NCBI RefSeq assembly: GCF_038025025.1
Contig: NW_027117339.1
Location: forward strand, 248,001 to 312,000
Direction of reading: 5' to 3'
DNA length: 64,000 nt
Source of the DNA: Phyllosticta citribraziliensis
Taxonomy: Eukaryota
Below the pieces are notes generated by a model. That model searched no databases. It was not told where the DNA came from and was given only the letters and a program-made list of their open reading frames with translations. Shown piece after piece: positions 34,969 through 46,364 of the stretch. The first letter of the stretch is position 1, and each line of letters starts with the position of its first letter. The translations under genes were made by a program, and so were the position numbers.

Positions 34969-35989
34969 TGGGCAGCTCCAGAAGACCAGAGCGTAAGCGC
35001 ATCCAACATCCTCACCAACCCACTCAACTGACGCAATTGGAACACAGAAGAAGGAAGCTCTCCGACGCAACCGCGACAGTCGCGGTCAAACGGGGTGAGG
35101 GGGACGCAAGGCTCAACCTACAGCTACGACGCATACGACGCCGATGGCGACGAAGGCGCAACATTCAGCCAGTAGGTCTTTTCGAACTTGAACGCGCCGC
35201 CTGGCACATTATGCGGATGCTCACAAGCTGGATGGCAGGAACATGCACGCAGTGGCGCGAGCCATTGAGACGCGGGCGACGGCAGACATGGAGTACTTCA
35301 ACGGGCTTCGGGGCTTGATACGTGAAGACAAGCGCAAGAATCTTGAAGCCATTGCCGAATGGGAGAAGCAGACGTGAGTCCGAGCACGTCCATTGCTTTT
35401 CGCTCGATCTGCTGGCAGTTTACTTACAAGCGCGCGCAGGGAGACGGCGGACAACGGCTACCTGGAGAGACTGCGTGAACCTCTGACGACCGCCATGGAA
35501 CCGCCTGTGATGCGCGGCAGAGCGCGAAAAAGGTCATCTAACGGCGCAGAGACGGTGGGCGCGGCAGGAAATCCAAAGAAGTGGAAGGCGTCGAGCGCGA
35601 ATACGCTCGCGGTGTCGAGGGAGCTGCTTCACGACTACGATCTGATCGAAAGACGGCTGCAACACAGTACGAAAGGCGTGTCCAAGAAGCGTCTGGGACG
35701 GAGCTGGCGGATGGACGCAGAAGAAGCGAAGCGGCTGGTGGGAATAGGATATGAAAAGGCACAGTGCGAGATTGCAGACGTGGTACGGGGCAGCGTAAAA
35801 AGCGAGGGTGCTACACAAGGTGACGACAAGGAAGCGAGGGCGCATTTCCCGGGCAGAGGAGGGGACAGGGCTGCGGCGGCGGCAGATGACGGCATCTATC
35901 AGACGCTGAACGAGGCCGAGCGAGGCGTGCGGCGGTTGACGAGGAGCGTGGCAGCAGATGTTGGGAGTGCACCAGGACCATCGGGTTGA
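34968..35989 (+). CDS. Hypothetical protein, 4 exons (5' end uncertain)
   Basis: Introns 34993-35047 (GTAAGC..CTGAC..CAG), 35172-35238 (GTAGGT..CTCAC..CAG) and 35374-35439 (GTGAGT..CTTAC..CAG) join into one frame: MGSSRRPEQEGSSPTQ...FSQNMHAVARAIETRATADMEYFNGLRGLIREDKRKNLEAIAEWEKQTETADNGYLERL...; predicted helical, no known domain recognised. Confidence 0.65.
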
Positions 35990-36574
35990 CATGGCATGGA
36001 TGGAGGGGTGGCGGCGAGAGTATATCGAGCACGAGGCATGGACGGTCGTCGGACGGAGAGGAGCGAGGCGAGATGGGGCATATTGCTAGGGGTACCGGTA
36101 GCTCTTTTACAACGTGTTCGGGACGAATGGAGATTGCGCGAAGGGTCTGGTTTGGATGTTGCTATTATTTTCGACGGGAGGTGAAGTGGTGAAGTGTCGG
36201 AGCCGCGTGCGCGTCGGCCTGTCTGCGCCTGCGCCTGCGCCTGCATTAGCTGACTAGCTCCAGCGCAGACCTGACCTAACCTAATCGTCAGCTGCTCTAA
36301 CTACCTTACCAGTACCAAGCCTCTTTGCCCCGTCCACTGCGCCTGTTTGGACACCGTTCATGCGCTTTGCTCCCAGACCACGTCGCTCGTTCGTCATCGC
36401 TGCAGCTGCAGGCCCGCCATGATATAGGCACTCTGCCAACCTCTGCCTCTGCTGCCAACACCCAACCCACAGCCTGACACTCTCTCTCCACAACATATTC
36501 CGCCAACACCACGACGCCTGACGAGATAGACATCACCCGCGGCGCCGAACCTCTGGCCGCCAGAGTCGAGCGCC

Positions 36575-39409
36575 ATGGTCAAGGCTGACCCAAAGCGAAA
36601 CTACTACGCCGACCTGGAGGTCGCGCCAGACGCCGATGCCGACGACATTCGCAAGCAGTTTCGCAAGCTCGCTCTAAAGTGGCACCCGGACCGCAACCCG
36701 GGCAAGGAGCAAGAATGCGTGCCACGGTTCCAAGCCATCCAGGCCGCTCACGAGATCTTGGGCGACCCTGGCGAACGCACCCGTTACGACATGGAGCGGC
36801 GGAAGCGAGGTTTCTACGGTGCAGCATCGACAACAACAAACACGCCCGGCGCCTCCAGAGCCTCCGCTGCGAATCCGCCTCGACCCAACCCTTACCAGGC
36901 CTACTCCAACTTCCCTCCGCCTCCCCGCCGCACCGGTCCCCAGCGCGCTCATGCTCCGCCGCCCAAGCCCGAACAGCCCTCCACCGCGTCGCAGGGTGCT
37001 AGCCGCTTTGCCAATTTTCCAAAGCCCCCGCCCACTGCCCAAAAGCCTGGATACAACAAGGACAATGCGCAGAGCAAGGCAAACGTCTTTACGGCGTGGG
37101 AGAGCATGCGCCAGAAGCAGCAGAGGGCCTCTGCGGGGCCGAGGCCCATGCCCACCGACGACTTTGAGGCCAGGTTCGAAAGAGCGGAAGGAAGTAGATC
37201 TGCCTGGGACCAGTTCAACAGGGCAAACCAGAGCAAGCCCGGCATGGGACGTAGCACGAGCACTCGCATGCCGAAGAAAGGTGGTTTTGACCCCGCAACA
37301 CCAGGCGCTGATGAGCCTCCGGCAGCGAGCACCTCTGCATATCAACGGAGCCGTCCAGTCCCTCCTCCGCCTCCCCCGCCCAGGCAGCCGGAACCAACGG
37401 GCCATCATCCTCCTCCGCCCCCTCCTCAAAATCCGCCACCTCAAAGGGAAAGCCAGCAGCACCAAGACCCTCTCAAAAACTTCAAGGCGGCCTTTGTCGA
37501 TGATCCGCTTGCTCGTGGCCACCGGACACGGACGCCATACGGCTCTGCCGGCGGCGAGAAGATTTTCATAGACCCTCAGCGACGCGCCGAGAGCCAACGA
37601 AATTCACCCCAGAATCCGGGCACGCCAACTAATGCGTCAGGCACTTCGACCCCCAACATGCCGTCGGGACGCCCCCGCAGCGCAAGTCCCCCGCGGAGAA
37701 GAAGAGGCAAAGGCAATGCCACGCGCCCTTTTACCATGTACAGCTCTAGTGACAGCGAAGAAGATTTTGTTCCAAACTGGAACCAAAAGCCGACGCCAAA
37801 CCAAAACGCGCAGAAAGACGGCCCTTCACCCGACGTCAATGGATCCCCCGGACAGAGCGGCAATGCCACCAATGCAAACGTCAACGGTGGTGAGGGTCCA
37901 AAGTCTCAGCCTTCAATGTACGACACTACTCCCCCTGTTTCTCAATTCAAGTCAAAGACGCCCTCGTCGAAAAAGCCTTGGCCGTACTGGGCGATTCCGT
38001 CCAGCGTGACGCCGCCAAGCTCTTCGTCTGCGGCATCGACTTTCTTTTCAGCGTCGGCAGGGGGCAACAGAAAGCGCCAGGCGTCTAATGGCGTGTCTCC
38101 TGTCGCACACAAGTCTCAACGGCCCGATGGAGGCCAGCAAAAAGGAATCGCTGACTTTGTCGACAGCTTCAACTTTCAGATTGACCCCGACGCGTTCGAA
38201 CCGACCAAGCCGGCCCAGCAGCAACCCAAGAGTAAGAGCAGTGAGAATATCAACACGACGTTTTCGCCTGGTGATTGGCACGGAAAGTTTGAAGGCAGTA
38301 CGGATTACTTTGGCGGGCCGGTGCCCCCGGCAAGTAGTCGCAGATCTCCTGTGCGCCGCAAGCCGTCTAATCTGCAAAAGACTGGATCGTCTCGCCCGTC
38401 TCGTTCGAACTCGACGTTTAGCCCCAGCCCGGCCCGCGGGACCTCGCAGCCTCGTGACCATTCCAGCGCACCGACGTCTGCCACGGCAGAGAAGCCGCCG
38501 ACGGCAGGTTTTGGACCGGTCAAGTTTTCGCAAGATGAGTGGGCCAAGACGTTCAAGGACCCGAGTTTCTTCATGCCCAACGAGCCGCCCAAGTCGACGT
38601 CTCCTTTGAAGAATCAGCCTCCGCCGAGGAAGACGAAGCAGCCCAGGAGCAGGACCAAGACTCGACAAGCTAGCGTTGCTGAGGAGGATGGCTCGGACGA
38701 CGTTGAAGAGATTCCTGGTACGGCAAGGGAGGCTAATACAGCAGAGGGAGACGGAAGTGCCATGGACATCGATTCCACCCCGCCAACTTCGGCACCAGCC
38801 AACGGAGCCACGGAACCCAAGCCCGTCTACGTGCACCACCCAGAACCGGCTCAGAAGAAGCAGACGACGGAGAGCGCAAGGGCTGCAGACGGCGGCGACA
38901 CGATTCGCCTCGACGACCTCAAGAACGTGGCGCCCTTGTCCGGTTTCAATCAAGAAGGCCTCAAGAACCTCAACGATCTCGGCCAGAATCTTCCCTTTCA
39001 GTCGCAGCCGGCGGCAGCGCACCCCAGACGATCATCGGAAGCCGGCTCGCTGCGTCTGCCGGACCCGCCGCGGGCGCCAGAACTGCCGCAGCGCCTCACA
39101 GTCGTGACGTGGACGGAGTTTTTGCCCAAGATGGGGACGTACGTGCGACTCTTTCAGCAGTTTGACTCGCACATGCTGCAGCACTTTGCGGCGCGACAGG
39201 CCGAAGTCGACGCCATGGGGTCGGCGTCACAGTGGCTGGGCGCCCTCGGCGACACGACGGCGGGTGGCTTCGCCAGCTACATGCGGGGCATGCGGGAGGA
39301 CGAGAGGGCGCGGGCGCACTGGACGGTGGCGTGGGAAAAGCACAAGGCGACGATGGAGCTGTTTCAGGGCTGCAGGGTGAGGGTGTTGAAGGGCGTACCT
39401 GCGGCTTGA
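36575..39409 (+). CDS. Large DnaJ (J-domain) protein with Pro-rich disordered body and helical C-terminal domain
   Basis: N-terminal J-domain NYYADLEV...IRKQFRKLALKWHPDRNPG...FQAIQAAHEILGDPGERTRYD with an intact HPD. 944-aa ORF including a probable in-frame intron at 37918-38166. Confidence 0.9.
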   Translation: MVKADPKRNYYADLEVAPDADADDIRKQFRKLALKWHPDRNPGKEQECVPRFQAIQAAHEILGDPGERTRYDMERRKRGFYGAASTTTNTPGASRASAANPPRPNPYQAYSNFPPPPRRTGPQRAHAPPPKPEQPSTASQGASRFANFPKPPPTAQKPGYNKDNAQSKANVFTAWESMRQKQQRASAGPRPMPTDDFEARFERAEGSRSAWDQFNRANQSKPGMGRSTSTRMPKKGGFDPATPGADEPPAASTSAYQRSRPVPPPPPPPRQPEPTGHHPPPPPPQNPPPQRESQQHQDPLKNFKAAFVDDPLARGHRTRTPYGSAGGEKIFIDPQRRAESQRNSPQNPGTPTNASGTSTPNMPSGRPRSASPPRRRRGKGNATRPFTMYSSSDSEEDFVPNWNQKPTPNQNAQKDGPSPDVNGSPGQSGNATNANVNGGEGPKSQPSMYDTTPPVSQFKSKTPSSKKPWPYWAIPSSVTPPSSSSAASTFFSASAGGNRKRQASNGVSPVAHKSQRPDGGQQKGIADFVDSFNFQIDPDAFEPTKPAQQQPKSKSSENINTTFSPGDWHGKFEGSTDYFGGPVPPASSRRSPVRRKPSNLQKTGSSRPSRSNSTFSPSPARGTSQPRDHSSAPTSATAEKPPTAGFGPVKFSQDEWAKTFKDPSFFMPNEPPKSTSPLKNQPPPRKTKQPRSRTKTRQASVAEEDGSDDVEEIPGTAREANTAEGDGSAMDIDSTPPTSAPANGATEPKPVYVHHPEPAQKKQTTESARAADGGDTIRLDDLKNVAPLSGFNQEGLKNLNDLGQNLPFQSQPAAAHPRRSSEAGSLRLPDPPRAPELPQRLTVVTWTEFLPKMGTYVRLFQQFDSHMLQHFAARQAEVDAMGSASQWLGALGDTTAGGFASYMRGMREDERARAHWTVAWEKHKATMELFQGCRVRVLKGVPAA

Positions 39410-40580
39410 ACAAGGACGGGTCCAACAAAAAACGAGGGTCGAGCTCTTTTGTTGATTTTGAGGTCGTGGTGGTGCGGGTTGGATTGGACTGGACTGGACT
39501 GGACTGGACGGCTTTCTCTTCGACTTTTTCTTGACCTTCCTTCTCTACTCTGCAATGTGGCGGCGAGTACAGAATACGAGCGACAATGGTTGACCGCATG
39601 GCCGATGAAACACGAATATACCTAGCGAGACAGACAGAGAGACAGACAGATGTATACAGTCGGTGGGTTGGGGTAGGGCTCCGAGAGAGGAGGGCTGAGG
39701 GCTGGACTGGACTGGACGGACCGCATTGGGACCGGTCCTCTTTGACGACGAACCAACGGTGTTGATGGGGGTTTGTTTTGTGGAAGCAACATTGAGTTGA
39801 GCGATGATAGCGGCAGAAGCAACAGGAGTCAGGCAAACCGGTCGGTTGGTCGGTGGTGGAGGAGGAGGAGGAGAATACCCCCTCATGAAAGCACGTGTCA
39901 ATTTTTACTCGGACCTCCCTGAGATGACTTGTCCATGGTGGTGGTGGTGGTGGAGTGAGCTTGAAAAGACGCGTGGGCCGTGACGAAGGCGGTTGGGCGG
40001 TTGGGTGGTTGGCTGTCTTTAAGCGCGTTGGGGACGTCCGTGGGGATGGATTTGCACAGGGGGTCGTCACGGAGCCAATTCGTGAACGCGCAACCAGGAA
40101 ACCCCACTCGCTCTTTGAGCGTGCCTGGTGCTGGCGCCTCTCTGCAACGTTATCATGGCGTCGTGTTTCCGTCTGTTTCTTTTTCGTCTGCTGTCTCTCC
40201 TTCTTTTCCTCCTTCTCTCTCTCTTCAGTCACTCTTTTCGCCGCCGTCGTCGTCTGGCCTCCAACTATCCACCCCTCTCCTGCAGCTCGCCGCGAACCTA
40301 ATCTGTTCGTCCACACGACACCACCCTGCCCCGGCCTAACCTAAACCGCTGCTTGCTTTCCTGCCTGTCTGCCTGGTACGAGCGCCGCCAGTAGCGCAGA
40401 GTTCGTCTCGCCCTTTGCTTTCGATCCTTGACTCGCGATCGAGAGCCTTGCGCGGGACCATCCGTCTTGTCTGAACTGCAAGACATAATTACGACACCGC
40501 CGCCGCCACCACCAGTCCGATGGACTGAATGATTACTCATACTCGACCTCCCGATACCCCTCATCTTGCGGAAACCCACC

Positions 40581-43269
40581 ATGCCTGAGAATGGCGAGAG
40601 CATCGCGATCCCGTGGTTCCGCTACTACGCCGAGGCGCTCTGGATGGTCGTCAAGGGGAGGAAAGGGCGCCATCTCTTCCTGACGGTCCTCCTCGCCACC
40701 GTCACAATCGTGCTTCTCTGGTCCTATTCGAACGAGGTGCGTGTTGTCTTTCCCTTTTCCTCCTCAACTTGGCCTCCCGCGTTGGTGGGTGGAAAAGGGG
40801 CCTTGGGTTTCAATCCTCGTTTCGCAATTGTTGATCACCAGGCTTTTTGGTGGTGGTCTTGTTTATCTCCACTCTTTGTACTGACCAAGTTGGCTGGAGC
40901 AGAACTTGTCGCCAGCCGCCATTTCGGGGCATCGGGCAGACGATGAATTGTGGCGCGCAGAGAACGATCGTCACGTCCATGCCACCGCAAGTGCAGAGGC
41001 GGTTTCGCAGACGCCGTCATCGACCAACGAGGCCAACTCGAACAAGACGGACAACGACAACGCGGCGACAGCGACAGCGACACCGAAGCTGGAGCCTCTG
41101 CCCTTCACGGCCAAGAATGGGCCGACGTTTCGACTGCTGATCCCAGCCGCGGAATCCGACGCCAACTTTTGCCGCAGCATCCTGTCGACAATGCTGCTCG
41201 ACTATCCGCCGCCGACGATCCTGGGGTACAACAGCCGGGACCAGACGGCCAGCATCGTCGGCGCCATATACGCCCACCTCGAGGATCCCCACATCTGCGA
41301 CGACGATCTGATCCTCGTGGCCGACGGCTATCGCGCGTGGTTCCAGCTGCCATCGTCGGTGCTCGTCAGGCAGTACCAGCGCGTCACGGCCGCCGCTAAC
41401 CAGCGCCTGAAGAAGACGTACGGCGTGCTGCGCGGCGGCGGCCAAGGAGCAGAGAAATTGCAGCGTTTCCGCCAGACGGTGCTGTTCGCCGCCGACACGC
41501 ACTGCTGGCACTACACCGACAACGACGTCGCCTGCGACGCCGTGCCCGACGCGCCGGGCGTGTGGGAGCGCGCCAACACGGCCAAAAACGCGTCGGCCGC
41601 CGTCTTCAACCCCAAGTTCCTCAGCTCGGGCATCGTCATGGGCCCCGCGCGCGACTTGCGCGCCGTGTTCGCGGCGGCGAGCAAGAAGAGCACCGGCGCG
41701 GGCGGCGCGCACGACTTGCAGCACGCGCTGCAGACCATGTACAGCGAGCAAGAGCAGGCGCGCGAGGCGGTGCGGCGCGCCAATCTAGGCGCCGCGGGCC
41801 GCGTGCGCGAGTGGCTGTACTCGACCGTGTACGGGTACGGCCAATCGCAGTTCCTCAGGGGGCGGCGAAGTAGCAGCAGCGCGTCAGGGGGCGGACTCGG
41901 CATGAGCAGACGCAACCTGACCATCGAGGCCGGCCGCGACTACGAGTTCGCCATCGGACTGGACTACGGCAGCGCGCTCTTCCAGTCCATGTCGGCGCCG
42001 CACTCTTTCAACGGCGACGTCGAGTTCCTGGCGGCGGCCGACGCGCTGGCTTTCCCGGACCCCTCGATGCACGCGCTGCCGCCGGCGCTGGCCGCGCTGC
42101 CGTCGCCTTTCTTTCTGCCTCCTGCCGACAAGGCGAGTGAGGATATACCGGATAATGCCACGACGCCGCTGACGCTGACGCCGGGCCTGGACGACTTGCC
42201 GGTGGACCTGCCTTGGTCGGCTCTGCCCCTTGCGCGCAACCTTCTTACTGGCGCTGCGCCCGCGAGTCTGCATTTCCCGCCGCGGCTGTGGGCGAGCGGT
42301 GGTGACGGCATCGGCGCTCGCTCCCTGCACGCCTCATACTCCTCTCCACAAACCAACAACGACGGCACCTCCTCCTCACCCCCCTCAAACCCCCAAGCAA
42401 ACCACCCCTCAACACCACACCACCGGCTCTCGCCGCTGTACAAAACGCCCCAATCCCCCAAAGACTCCTCCCCTTCATCGTCAACACACTCGGACACCGC
42501 CGACGCCGAAGGCATCGACCCCGGCACCGACACCACCACCCCGCCCACCTTCGCCCACCTCGACCCGCGCGATAGCGTCTACCGCCACCTGTGGTTCGTC
42601 CGCTACGCGCGCGCCCTGCTGCGCCGCCACATGCGCCGCACCACGTTCCACTCGCTGCTGGACAACGAGATTGCGGCCGTTGAGGAGTCTGGCTCCTCCA
42701 ACTCCCCTGACCCCTTACCCAACAGCCCCAACAGCCCACCCAGCGGCTCATCCAAAGGCGAGGCTACCGGCGAGCCTGACGGCTCACCTAAAGCCTCGCC
42801 GCGCTGGCAGACCCAACGCGACCGCGACCTGCACTTCGACCGGCGCGGCGGCGCGGGCGGCGTGTGGACGCAGCAGGGCGAGTGGCTGGCGTGGGGCGAC
42901 GTGTGTCGCGGGATGGAAGAGGAGGTGTTCGCAGCGGACGATGGGTGGGGCGAGTGGGGCGAGGAGAGGGCGAGCAGGGGCATGTTTGAGGATGCGCGGA
43001 AGGCGAAGAAGATGCCGGTGGCACGGCCCGCGGATGGAGAGAAGAACGAGAATGTGGGGCAGAAAAAGGAGGGGGGGGGAGTGAAGGCTGGTGGTGATGG
43101 TGGGGAGGGAGAGACGCAAGCCGCCGTGGCACGGCCTGCAGACCAAGAGAAAGAGCAAGAGAAAGAAACGGTAAAAGAGCAGCAGAAGGAGGGCGAGGCT
43201 AAAAGCGACGACGCTGAGGGCGGCGTAGAAGAGCACACCGTCTGGGTCGATCCGCCGCCCGCCGCTTGA
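40581..43269 (+). CDS. Type II membrane protein with PLOD/LH-like glycosyltransferase (GT-A) domain, 2 exons
   Basis: Exon 1 (40581-40736) encodes a basic stretch plus TM (RKGRHLFLTVLLATVTIVLLWSY). Intron 40737-40902 (GTGCGT..CTGAC..CAG) splices in frame to the 787-aa ORF, which has FCRSILS..LLDYPPP, DDDLILVADGY..WFQLP, VLFAADTHCW, PKFLSSGIVMGP and IGLDYGSALFQ motifs. Confidence 0.72.
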
Positions 43270-44742
43270 ACCCCAAACCCCCTCCCTCCCTCCTCCTCCC
43301 TTTACTTCCTCTCCCCCCTCCTCTTGTCTCCACACTCTTCTCACTTCGTTCAAAGCACGCGCGTTTAGGCGTTGGAAATCGGCGTTACGGTTACGGTTAC
43401 GGTTACGGATGGATGGATATACCTACGTGTATTGTGCTGCATGGACCGTTTTCTTCATCATCGCTTCTCTGCATTTTTCTTCAAGGCTCAGACTCTATAC
43501 ATAGATGGAGCTGCAAATATTGGCACAGGTATTTGTTGGTGGTAGTGGTGGTAGGAGGGAAGTGGTGTAGCTAAATAATCAAATAGTAAAAAGTAAATGG
43601 CAAATTTTGAATAAAAAGGAAGAAATGAAAGAAGACTGCGACATGGCGTGTAGCAGCTCTGTGAGTGGTCATTGCTTGTACGCCTATGTCAGAAAGGCTG
43701 CACTGCGGTGGTGGGTGGTAGGATGGCTTTCTGTAGTATCCATTGATATCTGTTACATCCCTGGTATTTTTATTTTTACGTTGGTGGTATAGGCCGTGTT
43801 AGTCCTCCCAGTGCCCTGAGCAGGTATGTAGAAGATAGATAGACACACACCACCAAGTCCATCCACCACAGGCACCCGTGCACCCATCCATCAAACCCCC
43901 CCGTCCTTTTCTTGCCTTCACCTTTCTGGCCTTGTAGACCTCTAGCTTTCCAGACTTCTGGTGGGCTTACCGATGGACAATCTACATGCACATGTTCATC
44001 TATCTTGTGTCTGTATTTTCAGTAGCTTGTTCGTTTTTGTTTGGTCTTCGTGTCATGTCAATTGTCACGCATGTCATGTCTCTTATTCTTTCCGTACGTT
44101 TCTTTTGGGAGGGAGGGAGGGAGGGCGGGCAGGCGGGAAGTATCTTTTTGCGTGGATGGATGTGTTGAGGTGAGCCGACTAGGGTAGAGTAGAGATGGCT
44201 ATGGTAGATAGAGGAGAGTTGCAGGGTAGGCAATTCGGCAAGGCAGCGAGCAATTGGACATATACGCATTGCCTGATTTCGAGATGTTGGAGGGAGGGCA
44301 TGCTTCCCAGAGCTCGCAGCATCATCATCACAAAACAGTCACGACCGGGGCAGACAGACCAGTCAAAGTGAACACCTCCTCAGAAAGGTTAAGGAGAAAC
44401 CCGGGTCCCAGTCATTAACTATCGTTAAGAGAAGAGAGAAAAAAGGTTGGGAATCAAAAAGGTGGCATTGTCCCATTCATTGCTACCTGCCGATGAAGGA
44501 CCACCCGTGTTTCCAGCTCGCAGAATAACCAGCAATGGCACGCCCTCTTGCTGCTGCCTTGAAGGAGTAGTAGTCGCAGCAATTTTGAGAAAAGTAGTCG
44601 AAGAACAGCTTCTTCGCTTTGTTGTTGAAGGAGAAGCTGCTGACGACGACGACGATGCTTTTTTTCAACATCCACCAACTCCACCAGCCCCAGATCGACC
44701 CGCTCGGTGATTGACAATGACAAGTCACGCCCGACGAGGCGT

Positions 44743-45624
44743 TTACCTGTAGCGCCAGAGCGAGAGGGTGTTGTGGCGCTTCCAGGTCTTGCGGCGGCCG
44801 GCCGACGTCTTGTTGTAGCGGTGGCCACGGTTGATGCCGCGGGACTTCTTGCCGGCGCCAGTGAGGCCACGGTTCTCGCGGTGCTGCAAAACGAGTTAGA
44901 AACGACGAATAAAATCGAGCTCAAAAGAAGCAGCGGCGTTCGTACCTTGTGGACGGGCTTGGCGATCCAGTTGATGCGGGCGTCGCGGCGGATGGCCTTG
45001 TGCTGGGGGTCGACGAGGATGACCTCGTAGTACTTGTAGGTCGAGTCCTGGTTGATCCAGTACGAGTTGAGGACGCGCAGGTTGGCGCAACGACGACCGA
45101 CGCGCTCCTCAGCCGTGACGCGGAGCGAACGCTGGTACTTGAGCTGGTTCACACCCTGGTTGGTGGGCTTGCCTATTGGTCGATTCCGTCAGCTAGCCAT
45201 TCTTTCCTTCGTTCGAGCTCCATCATCGCTCGCAGATTTTGCGAGTCTGCGGTTCGCAGGCAAACGTACCGTAGGTGGCACCCTTGGGGACGGGCCTCTT
45301 GCGGCCACCGCGGCGGACGCGGACGCGGTAGATGACATAGCCCTGCTTGGCCTTGTATCCGAGGCGGCGAGCCTTGTCGGGGCGCGACGGGCGCGAGGCG
45401 CGGTGGATGACGTTCAGTTGGCGAAGCTGCAAATTGGTGCACTCTCAGCAAAGTTCAACGAGTAACACCAGATGTCAACCTCGCTCCTCTCTCGCAAGAG
45501 AGAAAAACGAGGCGATGGGGAGTCGAAGTCTTCATACCTCCCAGCAGCGAACGCGGAGCAGGAAGCGGAGCACATCGCTCTGCTTCTTCTTCTGAAGTTC
45601 CTCGACGTACTTGAGGGCACCCAT
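44743..45624 (-). CDS. RPL15: 60S ribosomal protein L15 (eL15), 4 coding exons
   Basis: Exons 45624-45538, 45426-45270, 45172-44946, 44883-44743 give [58 protein letters not shown]...[12 protein letters not shown]...LRVLNSYW...HRENRGLT...[14 protein letters not shown]. Confidence 0.98.
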
Positions 45625-46364
45625 CTGTCGTGGCAGTCGTTAGCTTGGCGAGTCGTGAAAAAAGGGCTTCCGACCGGCGCAATCTCGACCGCAGCGGTCC
45701 AAAAAGCTGGAGATTCGCAGGATCGAGACGTCGTCGGCGGATTGGGCGCAAATACGCACCTTGTCTGGTCGTCGAGGTCGGTCGTCGTGATGTCGTCTTG
45801 CGGTCGTCGAGGCCCTGCGAAGATTTCGGAAGTTGTGGGTTCGCGATGTTCGCTTAGCGCTGACTAACAAGAGTTTGCGCCCGCTCCCGCGCTCGGACCA
45901 TCCCGTCGAACCAAAATGGAACCCTCACAAAGACTTGCAGACATCCATCACTGCGGTCATTCGCTGAAATCAGTTTTCGATCTGGTGGATTGAATGTCTC
46001 GGATGCAGATAATGGCCAATCCATTGCATTTTCCAGCTTTGCTGAACCTCTCTCGTTCAGACAACTCTCACGTGCACAAGTATCCGCTCAGGCCATCGCC
46101 ATAGCACAACTGTTTTTCAGGTGTACTGCCATACCAGTGAACTATCTCAAGGCATAGTCAAGTCTCATTCAAAAGACCTGTTCTCGCCAATAGCCAACCA
46201 GCCGTACGCTTGAGCCGAGTGGACCATTACCACCCGATTACAAAATGAAAGTACCTCAAAGGGGTATCCAAACCAAAATATTCCCTCCCAGCGCCATGTT
46301 CTCCGTTGCCGAGCAGACCCCTTCTTCCAAACGCCCATGAATGCCATTCGATGTCCGTGCTCAC

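Noticed and set aside
39096..40316. 406-aa minus ORF between DnaJ and the GT-like gene
   Set aside because: Crosses 3'UTR microsatellites ((GGACT)n, (GACA)n) and has no coding signature.
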